Assembly: GCA_965205865.1 (NCBI GenBank)
Contig: CBDBHR010000025.1
Location: forward strand, 96,001 to 160,000
Origin: a bacterium
GTDB lineage: Bacteria; SAR324; NAC60-12
Length of the DNA: 64,000 nt
Reading direction: 5' to 3'
Both the position numbers and the translations under genes were made by a program. Shown piece after piece: positions 20,811 to 30,858 of the stretch. Every line of letters begins with the position of its first letter. Positions within the stretch are counted from its first letter, which is position 1. The notes beneath the pieces were generated by a model. It searched no databases. It was given only the letters and a program-made list of their open reading frames with translations, and had not been told where the DNA came from.

Positions 20811-22506
20811 CCTAAATCCTGCAATTGAATATTTTGATTGAGTTTCCCCCCACTCTTTGAGAGGTTTTTTTAAAAAAAAGGATTTGAGAGTTGAATTTCC
20901 ATCAGTCCTTGCTCATAAAGGTTTTTCCGCCCTCCATTAGATCGTCATATTTTGTGATGATCTGATACCCGCTTTCGCGGGCACAAGATTCAAGACGTAC
21001 TTCTCCCTGGATTTGGGAATCTACATCTCAGCAAAATGTATCCACTGGAGTGAAACAAAGGATCCAGGTCTCTCCAACAGCGACCCATGCATCCCATTGA
21101 GCATTGTAAAGTGTTCTTTCCGGAACTCTCAGTTTTTGTTGACGAGCGCCACTCGTCCATTTTCCTGCCATTCGGACAAGATAGGTGCGCATGGTGGCCG
21201 GTTCCCAACGGCGCAGTATTGCGTTACCACTACAAAGGGCCATCCAGCGCAGCGTGTTGTAAGCGAGTATCGCGCATTGGAACAAGGCACTGTTGGCCCA
21301 AAAATCGTCGGTTTTAATCTGAGCCAGCGCAGTTTGATTTTTTGCTTCCTCAATCCATGTCTCAGCGACCGCCCTTTGGCCATACTCTTTGTGAGCCTGC
21401 CAGGGAGTGAGCGCGTCAGTGAGAACATAACAAAAATAATCGTACTCCTTCATCTCAAAGAGGGTGGCCATCCCTTTGAGTTCCTCCTCTTTCTCCCTGC
21501 GTACGGCCATGAATTTTCTTGACCTCCTCCAAGTTTCACATTGGTGGGAAAACTCACACCCTTCCCAAGCGGGCTGCCCCTTCACTTTTTGCCATTTTTG
21601 GGTTTCCAACAACGAGACAAGCCCCTTGAGTTTGACCTTGATCAGATAGCCATGGCCTCGTTCTTCGAGGAAATCCAGCAAATCCCCCACAAAAAAACCA
21701 CTGTCTCCACGAAACAGAGTGCGAGTCCGATTTGGAAGGTGAGCGAGAAGTTGCCGCATGAATTCAACGACTCCATTGCTGGTATAGGCACTCCCATCAC
21801 GAAGCCAACCCTGAAGAATCTCCTTTGTCTCTGCGCAAAATGCCAGCAGAGGATGATACGAAGCTGCACCGCGTTTGTGGGGATTATATCCGACAGACAC
21901 TCCTTGCTGCTTGCCGTAGGCCGTTTTCACAGTGGAGTCCACGTCAATCACAAGACAGTGTAACACCCCAACGATGCTTGTCCCACTTCGAAGCGCCTTA
22001 CGCCAGATACCGGCTCGAATCCGATGGTTCAAGCTCTCCATCTCATTGATGTTTTTCTGTGTGAAAGTACGCAGTATCCGGCCGAATGTGGTTTCATCCG
22101 GAATCCTCAGCCAACCGGCCACACGACTCAAAACACGGTCGTTCCAAACTGTCACAATCGAACGAATCGAACGGGCGCCACCAACAATGCCGACCACCGA
22201 CAAAATGACCATGTCCACCGCGTCATAAAGACCCGTGGCGCCACGCCGATGATCTACGGTCTGCTCTGTCTTTGAAACAATCCCTTCTTTGTGAAAAAAT
22301 TTGACAACCGGAATCAAGCCTGCTTGCGCGGTCAGGTCTCTGCCTCCCTGGCTGATATGGATGTTTTTTGCTGTCGTTCTTGCCGATCTTGCGCTACGTT
22401 TGTTTTTCATGGTAATGGTGATCTCTTAAAATGTTGATTCTGGTGTTAACTATTTGAGTATATTACCATTTCCATGTTTGATTGTCATCTAATTGCAGGA
22501 TTTAGG
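20811..22506 (-). mobile_element. IS1380-family element, copy 2 (intact)
   Basis: Both IRs perfect; TSD TTTCA. Confidence 0.95.
21028..22410 (-). CDS. IS1380-family DDE transposase (460 aa, intact)
   Basis: Uninterrupted ORF with DVDST, RGDSGF, QRAVAE..IEE.K. Confidence 0.93.
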   Translation of the reverse strand: MKNKRSARSARTTAKNIHISQGGRDLTAQAGLIPVVKFFHKEGIVSKTEQTVDHRRGATGLYDAVDMVILSVVGIVGGARSIRSIVTVWNDRVLSRVAGWLRIPDETTFGRILRTFTQKNINEMESLNHRIRAGIWRKALRSGTSIVGVLHCLVIDVDSTVKTAYGKQQGVSVGYNPHKRGAASYHPLLAFCAETKEILQGWLRDGSAYTSNGVVEFMRQLLAHLPNRTRTLFRGDSGFFVGDLLDFLEERGHGYLIKVKLKGLVSLLETQKWQKVKGQPAWEGCEFSHQCETWRRSRKFMAVRREKEEELKGMATLFEMKEYDYFCYVLTDALTPWQAHKEYGQRAVAETWIEEAKNQTALAQIKTDDFWANSALFQCAILAYNTLRWMALCSGNAILRRWEPATMRTYLVRMAGKWTSGARQQKLRVPERTLYNAQWDAWVAVGETWILCFTPVDTFC

Positions 22507-22544
22507 TTTCAATTTAACATTAACACGGCCCGGTTATTTCGGTC

Positions 22545-22789
22545 GTTAGCGCAGCGAGCGAAGACTGACACATTTTGCGGGGGCTAGCTGTCCGAATGAG
22601 TTCTCCGTCTGGTCAGACCCAGCCAGTCTGACGAAGCGGCATTCCACGACAACTAAGGAGTGGGAATGTCGGACCCCTCGTGAGAGAAAACCTCAGATAG
22701 TGATCTGGATGAGGTGGGAGGGAAATGGTATTTCACCGCATCGCTTCCCAATGAAAATAAACCGAAGCGAGGAAAATGAACCATTTTGA
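22545..22789 (+). mobile_element. Putative left non-coding end of an IS110-family element, truncated just after RBS and ATG
   Basis: Several hairpins (GTCAGAC/GTCTGAC, CATTCC/GGAATG, ACCTCA/TGAGGT), then GAGG-AAA-ATG AAC CAT TTT; resemblance to cassette-borne IS110 leaders is recalled, not computed. Confidence 0.4.
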
Positions 22790-22854
22790 CTGTGGCCCCT
22801 TTGCAGAACATGATGGGGATAATGGGGCACTATTACTCTCCCTTGACGAGGCAT
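22790..22854 (-). pseudogene. N-terminal remnant of a REP-associated tyrosine transposase (RAYT/Y1)
   Basis: MPRQGRVIVPHYPHHVLQRGH with AAGGA RBS. Confidence 0.65.
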
Positions 22855-23189
22855 CGCATTCCTTCTAAAGGATTCATCATTGATGTGAGAGAAAATGATC
22901 TCACATTTTTAAATAAATCTGTCCCCTTTTTTACACTCTTTTCCTCCACCTGCCTGGCCACTTTGTGCCATTCTGAGTCCCAGGAAATACTGCTGAAAAT
23001 CCGCATCATTTGAGCAATGCGGCCTTTTTAGGCAGATGCTTCTTGAGCAAGCAGAAGGAAAAAAAGATAAATGATCAGCTTCAACCTAATTACAAACAAT
23101 TTAGGTATCGTCTAAATATTGCAATTTATGCCATATGGCTTTATTATTATGGAAATGTGTCTTTATTATCAAGACGTTAGAGAAGAGAA

Positions 23190-23618
23190 ATGCAAAAAAA
23201 AATTCAGAACCGCCTCATGTATGGTGCCGTGATTGGGATTACGACCGCTGACAATCATAAAGTGATTCAGTTTCTCAAAGAAGGGTTACCCATTTCCTCA
23301 TTTACCAAACTTCAGAATGCGTTGGCCATCTCCAGTAAACAACTGGCGAGCGTGGTCAACATTTCCCTACGGACAATCAATCGACGTCAAAAGGAAGGGA
23401 ATTTACGTCCTGATGAATCTGAAAGGGTCCTGAGAATTGCCAGACTTTTTGATATGGCCAGAGAGTTGTTTGAGGATGACCAATTGGCCCGGCAGTGGTT
23501 CAAGTCTCCGAAACGAGCATTGGATGGGAAGACTCCTCTGGATTTTGCTGTTACCGAGCCGGGGGCTCAGGAAGTCGCAGATTTACTGGGGCGACTGAAG
23601 CATGGAGTGTTCTCTTGA
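23190..23618 (+). CDS. Xre/MbcA/ParS-type antitoxin (DUF2384)
   Basis: HTH, ESER..RIA, W...P.RALDG.TPL, L.RL.HGVFS; GCCATATGGC palindrome upstream. Confidence 0.92.
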   Translation: MQKKIQNRLMYGAVIGITTADNHKVIQFLKEGLPISSFTKLQNALAISSKQLASVVNISLRTINRRQKEGNLRPDESERVLRIARLFDMARELFEDDQLARQWFKSPKRALDGKTPLDFAVTEPGAQEVADLLGRLKHGVFS

Positions 23619-23880
23619 AAAAAGCCTGGCGCATGGTGGCTCCTCAATATGTGGATCAGGCATTTGATGGAGAAGGCGCGAGGATTTATGGGAGACGGTG
23701 CAACAGTAAAGGAACTTCCATGGTCTATACTGCGAGTTCTTTATCGCTTGCTGCAATGGAAATTTTAGTCCACTTGGATTCAGATGAAATATTGAACCGT
23801 TATGTTTGTATTCCAATCGAGTTCCCCTCTAAACTGTCGCTCCTATTCAATCAGCAGGCTCTTCCCAAAAATTGGAGGAA
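23615..23880 (+). pseudogene. RES-domain toxin, C-terminally truncated
   Basis: AFDGEGAR.YG.R.NSKG..MVY.ASSLSLA.ME..VH; TTGA overlap with antitoxin; homology ends at LPKNW. Confidence 0.85.
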
Positions 23881-23894
23881 CAGGGTCGCGCCTC

Positions 23895-23984
23895 TTCACA
23901 TCCTCCCGGGGTATTGTTCAATCGATCGAGCGGGAACCCTCCCACAGCTAATTTTGAATCAAACGAGCGGAAGTCCTCTCCTTC
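23895..23984 (-). repeat. Partial copy of the IS66-end hairpin motif
   Basis: Reverse complement of about 26354-26445 and 36225-36310. Confidence 0.85.
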
Positions 23985-24178
23985 GGGTTCAAGGTTGGCG
24001 CGCAATGCCTCCGAACTCCCTTGTCCGTTACCTCTTCCGCGACTCGCGCCGCGTTGTCGAGGTCGATGTCCGCGACGATCAGGTTTGCGCCCGCATCGGC
24101 GAATGCCAGGCAGTTGCCGCGACAGATCCCGCTGCCCCCGCCCGTCACGAGCCCGACCTTCCCTTCGAAACTGTCCAT
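23985..24178 (-). pseudogene. SDR oxidoreductase N-terminal fragment
   Basis: GKVGLVTGGGSGI...LAFA..GA...VADID. Confidence 0.75.
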
Positions 24179-24247
24179 AACCCCTTTCTTGTCTTTATGA
24201 AAAAAAGCGCATTAAGTGATTTTTTCAATTAATTATCTCTTCACAAC

Positions 24248-25318
24248 TCAGAGTGTGGGGAGTCCAGCTTTTACTCGGGCGTCATTGTTCAGCGGTGTGT
24301 CCGCACCACCGTTGGTGATCTCCCAGCTGATTTCAGGAGCCTCCTCGAGGATATCTCCAATTTCCGCAAGATCTTTCTCAGAGAAATCATTGACGTACCG
24401 CGTATTGGCTTCCACCTGTTCAGGAGACTTGCCGCCTACCAGCGCCACCGATATTTCCGGACGACGAAGTACCCACCCGGTAGCAAGTTCGGTCATAGTC
24501 GCTCCCTTCCGATCTGCTACCAGCTTTAGCTGACTGACTGCATGGCAGAACCGTTCAAATTTCTCCCCATGAAAGTCCACGAAGTCAGAGCGTTCATCGT
24601 TGTCAGCAAACACGTGCCCCGGTTGGTACCGTCCACTAAGCAGACCCTTGCCCAGCACCGAGTGCGCCAAGATGCCGACACCGCGTACCGCGCACCAAGG
24701 CAGGATGTGAGCTTCGACGTATCGCCTGGAAAACATCGAGTACCGGATCTGCAGGGTGTGAATGCGCACACCCGTGGCCCATGCCTCTTCCAGCTGTTCC
24801 ACGGTCGTATTGTTGAGGCCGATGTATTGGATGAGGCCTTCTTCCTGGAGCGTCTTCAGAGCCCCCATGCGCTCTTGTATCGGAGTGCTCTCGTCATAGA
24901 AGTGCAGCTGATAGAGCGGGATAGCGTCCAACTGCAGGTTGCGCAGCGACTCTCCGCACTTGGTACGGATCCTCTCTGCCGTGTGCGGCGGCATCGAGAC
25001 CTTCGTCGTCACAAATCCCTCAAGCGTGGGATCATTCTTCAACGCCAGCCCGATAACCGTTTCGGATCCGCCCTGATGATTGGTCTTGCTTCCATAGGTG
25101 GGGGCGTTTTCGTAGTAGTCGGCCGTGTCGATGAAGGTCACTCCAAGTTTAACTGCAGCCTGCACCGTTTCGATGCCCTTCTGGCGCTCAACCTCCCCAA
25201 AGGCGCCGCCGATCGGCCATGCCCCAAAACCTATCTCGCTGACGAACGGACCATCCGGATAAAATAGCCGGCGTTGCGCGACTGTGGCCGCCGTTTTTTG
25301 ATTCCCGTTTGTTTCCAT
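24248..25318 (-). CDS. Aldo/keto reductase
   Basis: SEIGFGAW, FIDTADYY, TKV, LYQLH, GLLSG; RBS AGGAG before ATG at 25318. Confidence 0.93.
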   Translation of the reverse strand: METNGNQKTAATVAQRRLFYPDGPFVSEIGFGAWPIGGAFGEVERQKGIETVQAAVKLGVTFIDTADYYENAPTYGSKTNHQGGSETVIGLALKNDPTLEGFVTTKVSMPPHTAERIRTKCGESLRNLQLDAIPLYQLHFYDESTPIQERMGALKTLQEEGLIQYIGLNNTTVEQLEEAWATGVRIHTLQIRYSMFSRRYVEAHILPWCAVRGVGILAHSVLGKGLLSGRYQPGHVFADNDERSDFVDFHGEKFERFCHAVSQLKLVADRKGATMTELATGWVLRRPEISVALVGGKSPEQVEANTRYVNDFSEKDLAEIGDILEEAPEISWEITNGGADTPLNNDARVKAGLPTL

Positions 25319-26569
25319 AGGTGCTCCTAAATTTATAGAATTTAAATTTTGGATGGTCTCCCTCTTGAGTGTTGTTACCCTGAAAACCAGGGGAAACGCA
25401 CCGGAAAACACCGTCTATTTGCAAAATACCAACACTCCGGAGGGTGAATTTTGCTGAGAACAGGCACCAACACTCCAGAGGGTGACTACCGAAATTTTGG
25501 GGATACGGTAACGGTTTCCATATTAGGCTCCTGTGATCGATATTAGAATGGTATTACTAATAATCTATCACCATATCATAATACGTTCAATCTTAAAAAG
25601 ATTAAGGGATCAAATATTAAATTTTCTTTTGAAAAAGACAATTTAATATTTGATCCCTTTTGACCCCTTTTCAAACCGTTTAGTTTTGAGAAAATTCCCC
25701 TGAAAATATAGTTTTCTGTCAGGCGCTAACTCCAATCATTTCTAATACTTTCTATCCATTTCTTGATTTGGAACCTATTCTGAGATATTTTGAATACTGG
25801 GATAATATTCAAATCTTTGTTTGAGTTTCAGAGGGCTCACTTATTTTACAGATTAAATTTTTAATGTTGGATTGAGAATTGAAGCTCTCGAAGCAGAAAA
25901 TAAGCAACTCCGGGACCGGCTGGCTCTCAACAGCCAAAACTCGAGTAAGCCACCATCCACCGATGTAAGTCGCAAGAGCAAAAGTTTTTGATTTCCCCTC
26001 TCTGCAATGAGAGGTTACCGAACACCAAGTGGAACAAAAAATTTACTCGATCGTTTGATCCTCTATGAAAAGGAAAGCTTGTTATTCATGCATGACTTTC
26101 AAGTTCCTTTTGACAACAACCAAGGAGCATGCTTACCCATGATTTACCTCCCTGGCAAAGCGTTTACGATCATGATCGCCGTTGGAAAAAACGCTGGACT
26201 GTGGAGCGAACATTCGCTTTTTGGCTCATGCCGGAGATGGACCACAATATATTTTTATAGCTGATCACCATTGTTGCGCAATTCTCCTGATCCAAACTTG
26301 CTATAGGCTTTGCGCCGCGTAGTAGTGCTGAAATCATGCCTTGTTGTTTCAGGGAAGGAGAGGACTTCCGCTCGTTTGATTCAAAATTAGCTGTGGAAGG
26401 ATTCCCGCTCGATCGATTGAACAATACCCCGGGAGGATGTGAAAACGATGGATCCTTGCCGGGAATCTTTTTTCAACGTTATTGAACTGAACGGCTTCTG
26501 ACTGTCCCCGGATTTGAGCAGATTTATTGTTTTTTTTTGCGAATCCTGCATTTATTTTATATTAGGGGG

Positions 26570-26598
26570 TTGACATTGCGTTGTTGTTGTACTACAAT
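26570..26598 (+). promoter_or_regulatory. Sigma70-type promoter within the IS66-end module upstream of operon 3
   Basis: TTGACA-17 nt-TACAAT. Confidence 0.65.
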
Positions 26599-26599
26599 C

Positions 26600-26715
26600 A
26601 TGCCATCATTGAGTTGTTTTAGTGAATGAGAAGGTTCCCGATCGATTGAACAATATCGTGGGAGGACTTAAAAACGATTGATCTTCCCCGGGAATCTTTT
26701 TTAATGATATTGATC
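26600..26715 (+). ncRNA. Candidate structured RNA/leader (IS66-end motif)
   Basis: Long stem with compensatory changes relative to copies at 36478 and 32960. Confidence 0.4.
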
Positions 26716-26852
26716 TAAACGGGTTTTTCAGAGACCTGAATAGTTACCATATTTTTTATTCATTTTTTCATAAGGAGAGTACCATGTTGAAATCACGCAA
26801 GCGGAAATGGTCCGCCTATTTTCCCCAATCATTCTCTATAAATGGAGGACAT

Positions 26853-28613
26853 ATGAGTAATATCTTTAAAAAAATGATGACCTTGTTGGTTGTGTTGTTG
26901 GTAGCAGGCGTGGTGTCTGCTGCGGAAATGGTGACGTTGAAACTGAAGAAGCTCGATGGCACAGAGATCACCAAAGAAGTGGAGAAACCGCAATATGGCG
27001 GTTCCATTACCGATCTCATGAGAGCGGGAGAACCCTCCTTTGACCCGCTGCTTTTGGTGGCGATGGCCCATGCCGTCCCACCGATGTATGACGGGCAATT
27101 CGATACGAACTGGTATCGAGGGCCTGCCGGCACTGGCGAGTTCACCTATAACACCACAGTGACGCCCCCAGCGTCCCTCAAAGGCGGTGTCATCGAGACT
27201 TGGGAACAGCCCTCGCTCACTAATATGATCTTTCATATTAGAAAGGGTATTCACTACTGGAACAAAAGTGACGTGCTGCACCCCAATGATCTATTGGAAT
27301 CGGCCTATGGCCGGGAGTTAGATGCGTCTGATGTCGAATATAGCTGCAATAATATGTTTGTGAATGATAAGTCCCCCCTGAATGGGTATGGTGGGGGAAA
27401 ATGCAAGGCTACGGACAAATGGACGGTGGAATTCACATGGGATGAACCGGACGGCCTCGGGAAAATGATCCGTTTTTATACCTTTCAACACGGAGTATAC
27501 CCGAAGGAAACCGAGGGCATCAACCTGGGTGACTGGCAGAATGCCATCGGGTCCGGCCCCTTCATCCCGACAGGCTTTACCGCTGGCAGTATTGCCACCT
27601 ACAAAAAGAACCCGAACTACTGGGACCATGACCCCCTTCATCCCGAAAATCAGTTGCCCTATCTCGACGGCATGAAAATGATTGTGTTTTCAGATTGGCC
27701 GACGCACATCGCGGCCCTGCGCGCCGGCAAGATTGACAAAATTGCCCCCTGGTATGGGGTCATGCCGAATTATGTGGCAGAGCTGTCAGAGAGCAACCCT
27801 GAGTTGATGCACGTCCCAACCACAGGAGATCAAAGGCCGATCGAGGTGCGGCTCGATGTCAAGCCGTGGGACGATATCCGGATACGAAAAGCCGCCATGC
27901 TTGCCCTCGATCACCAGGGTATCGTCGACGAATTCTTCGAAGGCAGCGGGGAGATACTAACCAGCTACAGCTTCAAGGTGAGCGACCCCTTTCACCATTC
28001 ATTAGAGGAACTCCCTCCGGATCTCCAGGAAAATTACGGGTATGACCCGGAAAGAGCCAAAAAGCTACTTGCCGAAGCCGGCTTTCCCAATGGGTTTGAT
28101 ACCTCCATCACCTGCAAGGACGACCAGTGTGAGTTGGTTGAATTGTATGCAGCCTACCTTTCCGCTGTCGGGATTCGGGCCGAAGTGATACAAATGGAAG
28201 CCGCTGAGCATAACTCCATGTGGAATCAATATAAGTGGCCCGAGTTGGCCAGTCAGGACTCAGGAAGCCCAGGAATCGCAGAGTGGTTGGCTTTCGCCGG
28301 AGAGATCAACCCAGGCCAGGGCCATGTGAGGCCCATCGAAGACCCGGAATGGGAAAAAATGTGGCAGAGCTATTCCACAGATACGGACCGTGACAGCCAA
28401 CTGGTGAAATGGAAAGAGTTGAATATCTACACGCTCCGCAAACTGTGGAATATCCAGACAGTAGCCGCAGTTCCACACAACTACTGGCAGCAATGGCTGA
28501 GGAATTACAGTGGGGAACAGGGCGTCCATGAGACCTTCTGGTATATTAACAAGTTCATCTGGATTGACTGCGACATGAAGAAAGAAAGAAGTGGCCGGGA
28601 CTGCAACGATTAG
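26853..28613 (+). CDS. ABC transporter family 5 solute-binding protein 3 (alternative start 26784)
   Basis: Signal peptide, KPQYGG, GSGPF, KNPNYW, AKKLLAEAGFPNGF. Confidence 0.95.
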   Translation: MSNIFKKMMTLLVVLLVAGVVSAAEMVTLKLKKLDGTEITKEVEKPQYGGSITDLMRAGEPSFDPLLLVAMAHAVPPMYDGQFDTNWYRGPAGTGEFTYNTTVTPPASLKGGVIETWEQPSLTNMIFHIRKGIHYWNKSDVLHPNDLLESAYGRELDASDVEYSCNNMFVNDKSPLNGYGGGKCKATDKWTVEFTWDEPDGLGKMIRFYTFQHGVYPKETEGINLGDWQNAIGSGPFIPTGFTAGSIATYKKNPNYWDHDPLHPENQLPYLDGMKMIVFSDWPTHIAALRAGKIDKIAPWYGVMPNYVAELSESNPELMHVPTTGDQRPIEVRLDVKPWDDIRIRKAAMLALDHQGIVDEFFEGSGEILTSYSFKVSDPFHHSLEELPPDLQENYGYDPERAKKLLAEAGFPNGFDTSITCKDDQCELVELYAAYLSAVGIRAEVIQMEAAEHNSMWNQYKWPELASQDSGSPGIAEWLAFAGEINPGQGHVRPIEDPEWEKMWQSYSTDTDRDSQLVKWKELNIYTLRKLWNIQTVAAVPHNYWQQWLRNYSGEQGVHETFWYINKFIWIDCDMKKERSGRDCND

Positions 28614-28794
28614 GACTGGCCTGAACCTTTCCCCCCTCACCCTCCAGGGGCCATGCGTGTCGGGTTAAGGCGTAATCCTCATATTTTCCCCCTTTTGCAA
28701 AAAGGGGACTTTCTCTTAACCTGACACCAATATCCCTGGTAAAAGAGGGAGAAAATAAGACAGGTGTTCGTCACTTTCAGAAGAGAAAAATCGG

Positions 28795-29829
28795 ATGCAA
28801 TCGTATATTATCAGAAGACTGCTCCTGGTGATCCCCACCCTCCTCATTGCATCGGTGGTCGTCTTCTTCAGCGTGCGTTTCATCCCAGGCGATGCCATCG
28901 ACTTGATGGTGCCCAATTTTGCCCAGTTCAATACAGGACGTGAGGATGTGTGCGGGGGCTCTTTCATTAGCGATAAAAAGAAGGAGACGGATTCGACAGA
29001 CAGTGAGGACTGCAAGGACCCCCGTGACGCGCTGAGGAGCCATCTGGGGTTGGACCAGCCCAGTCATGTTCAGTACGGGCGGTGGTTGGCCGGGTTGATG
29101 CAAGGGGACCTGGGAAAATCCATCTGGACCAATATTCCCGTCCTGGAAGATATCCTGATCCGACTTCCTGTTTCCATTGAATTGACCCTCCTGACCATCA
29201 TATTGTCCTTAGTAATTGCGTTGCCCGTGGGGATCTATTCCGGGATTCGGCCTGAGACCAACTCGGATTATCTTTTGCGGAGTTTTGCCATCCTCCTGAT
29301 CACCGTGCCCTCATTCTGGGTGGCGACGTTGGTCGTGGTACTCCCGGCCCTCTGGTGGCAATGGACGCCCCCGATTGCCTACATCCCGTTTTTTGACGAC
29401 CCCATCGGGCACCTGAAAATGATGCTCCTCCCGGCGGTCGTCATGGGGATGTTGTTCTCCGGAGGGACCATGCGTATGACCCGCACCATGATGCTGGAGG
29501 TGCTCCGGCAGGACTATGTGAGGACCGCCTGGTCCAAAGGGCTTCGGGAGCGGGTGGTGGTCTTGAGGCATGCGCTGAAGAATACCCTCATCCCGCTGGT
29601 CACCATCCTGGGATTGCAGATCCCCTACATGATTGGCAGTGCGGTGATCATCGAGCAGATTTTTTCGCTTCCCGGCATCGGCCAACTCATGTTCAACGCA
29701 CTGACGCGTCGCGATTATCCGATGGTTTCCGGCATCAATATCACCCTGGCGTGCATGGTACTCCTCATCAACCTGCTCGTGGACCTCAGCTACGCCTGGC
29801 TGGACCCGCGGATCCGGTTAAATAAATAA
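28795..29829 (+). CDS. Opp/Dpp-type ABC permease B
   Basis: PGDAID, DYVRTAWSKGL, RDYP. Confidence 0.95.
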   Translation: MQSYIIRRLLLVIPTLLIASVVVFFSVRFIPGDAIDLMVPNFAQFNTGREDVCGGSFISDKKKETDSTDSEDCKDPRDALRSHLGLDQPSHVQYGRWLAGLMQGDLGKSIWTNIPVLEDILIRLPVSIELTLLTIILSLVIALPVGIYSGIRPETNSDYLLRSFAILLITVPSFWVATLVVVLPALWWQWTPPIAYIPFFDDPIGHLKMMLLPAVVMGMLFSGGTMRMTRTMMLEVLRQDYVRTAWSKGLRERVVVLRHALKNTLIPLVTILGLQIPYMIGSAVIIEQIFSLPGIGQLMFNALTRRDYPMVSGINITLACMVLLINLLVDLSYAWLDPRIRLNK

Positions 29830-29895
29830 CGGCTAGTTTTTTATCGTAGGAAGTCCTCTCCTGGGAGGGGAATCCCTCTTAATTAGAAAAAACAT

Positions 29896-30858
29896 ATGGC
29901 CTTAGAAACTGAATTGTTGAGCGCCGAAATAAGCACCTCTACGAAAATAAGTGGGCTGCGGGTTTTTTTTATCCGGTTGTTCCGTGAGAAAAAAATAGGA
30001 GCCCTCGGGGGCTTGCTGGTCTTGATATTTCTGCTCGTCGGCATTTTTGCGGACTTTTTGGCCCCTCACAGTATCGATAAATTCAGTATTCGCCACAGAC
30101 TGGACGCACCCTCCGCGGAATTCATCCTGGGGGCAGACCAACTCGGACGAGACGTTTTCAGCCGGGTCATCCACGGTGCCCGAATCTCGATGACTGTGGG
30201 GTTGGGCGCCAGTGGTCTCCATATTGTGATTGCGGTGCTGCTCGGCCTGATTTCCGGCTACTGGGGCGGGAAGTTTGACATCCTCCTGCAACGGCTGGTC
30301 GATGCCTTTATGACCTTTCCCGCGCTGTTCATCATCATCACCTTCATGGCGGTTTTGCCCCGGGGGATGGTGTCGGTCATCATTGTGATCGGAGTGTGGT
30401 GGGGGATCAACGGGACTCGCATCATTCGAGGCGTGGTGCTCAGTGCTAAGGAAAATGTGTATGTGGAGGCAGCCCGGGCGGTGGGCTGTGGCACCTGGCG
30501 CATCCTCTGGCGGCATATCCTGCCTCAATTGGTCGCACCCATCATTGTCATGTTCACCATTGCCCTCGGTGGCGCCATTCTCACCGAAGCCGAAATCAGT
30601 TTCCTCGGATTCGGCATTCCGCCACCCCAGCCCAGTTGGGGCGGCATGCTCAGTCTGGAAGGCCGCAAATATATGCTGCGAGCCCCCTGGTTGGCCTTGT
30701 GGCCCGGGGTCTGTCTGGCCATTGTGGTCTTTGGCATCAACATGTTCGGCGATGCTGTGCGCGACCTGATCGACCCCCGACTCAAAGGGGGTTCCGGACG
30801 CTTCGGCGCTGCGAAGAAAGCTGTCCGAAAGTTTTATAAGCAATTGCAAAAGATCTAA
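29896..30858 (+). CDS. Opp/Dpp-type ABC permease C
   Basis: LGADQLGRD, YVEAARAVG, SFLGFG. Confidence 0.95.
   Translation: MALETELLSAEISTSTKISGLRVFFIRLFREKKIGALGGLLVLIFLLVGIFADFLAPHSIDKFSIRHRLDAPSAEFILGADQLGRDVFSRVIHGARISMTVGLGASGLHIVIAVLLGLISGYWGGKFDILLQRLVDAFMTFPALFIIITFMAVLPRGMVSVIIVIGVWWGINGTRIIRGVVLSAKENVYVEAARAVGCGTWRILWRHILPQLVAPIIVMFTIALGGAILTEAEISFLGFGIPPPQPSWGGMLSLEGRKYMLRAPWLALWPGVCLAIVVFGINMFGDAVRDLIDPRLKGGSGRFGAAKKAVRKFYKQLQKI

Larger units (their letters stand above)
20727..22550 (+). other. attC-like integron recombination site (123 bp once the IS1380 and one TSD are removed)
   Basis: GCTAAT..TGAACCG left arm, CGGTTA..CGTTAGC right arm; left core is AAT instead of AAC. Confidence 0.55.
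25877..26747 (+). mobile_element. Composite relic: IS66 fragments, IS5 fragments, tandem hairpin motif and IS66 right IR
   Basis: ALNSQNSSKPPSTD, NLLDRL, VPFDNNQ, WTVERTF pieces; ends in GAGACCTGAATAGTTAC. Confidence 0.8.

Noticed and set aside
23495-24232. 245-aa ORF as a full-length RES toxin or novel fusion
   Set aside because: The 3' half is read-through of the repeat motif and the antisense SDR fragment
26350-26450. 36-37 nt units containing ATTGAAC as a CRISPR array
   Set aside because: No constant repeat with unique spacers and no cas genes; the units belong to the IS66-end motif
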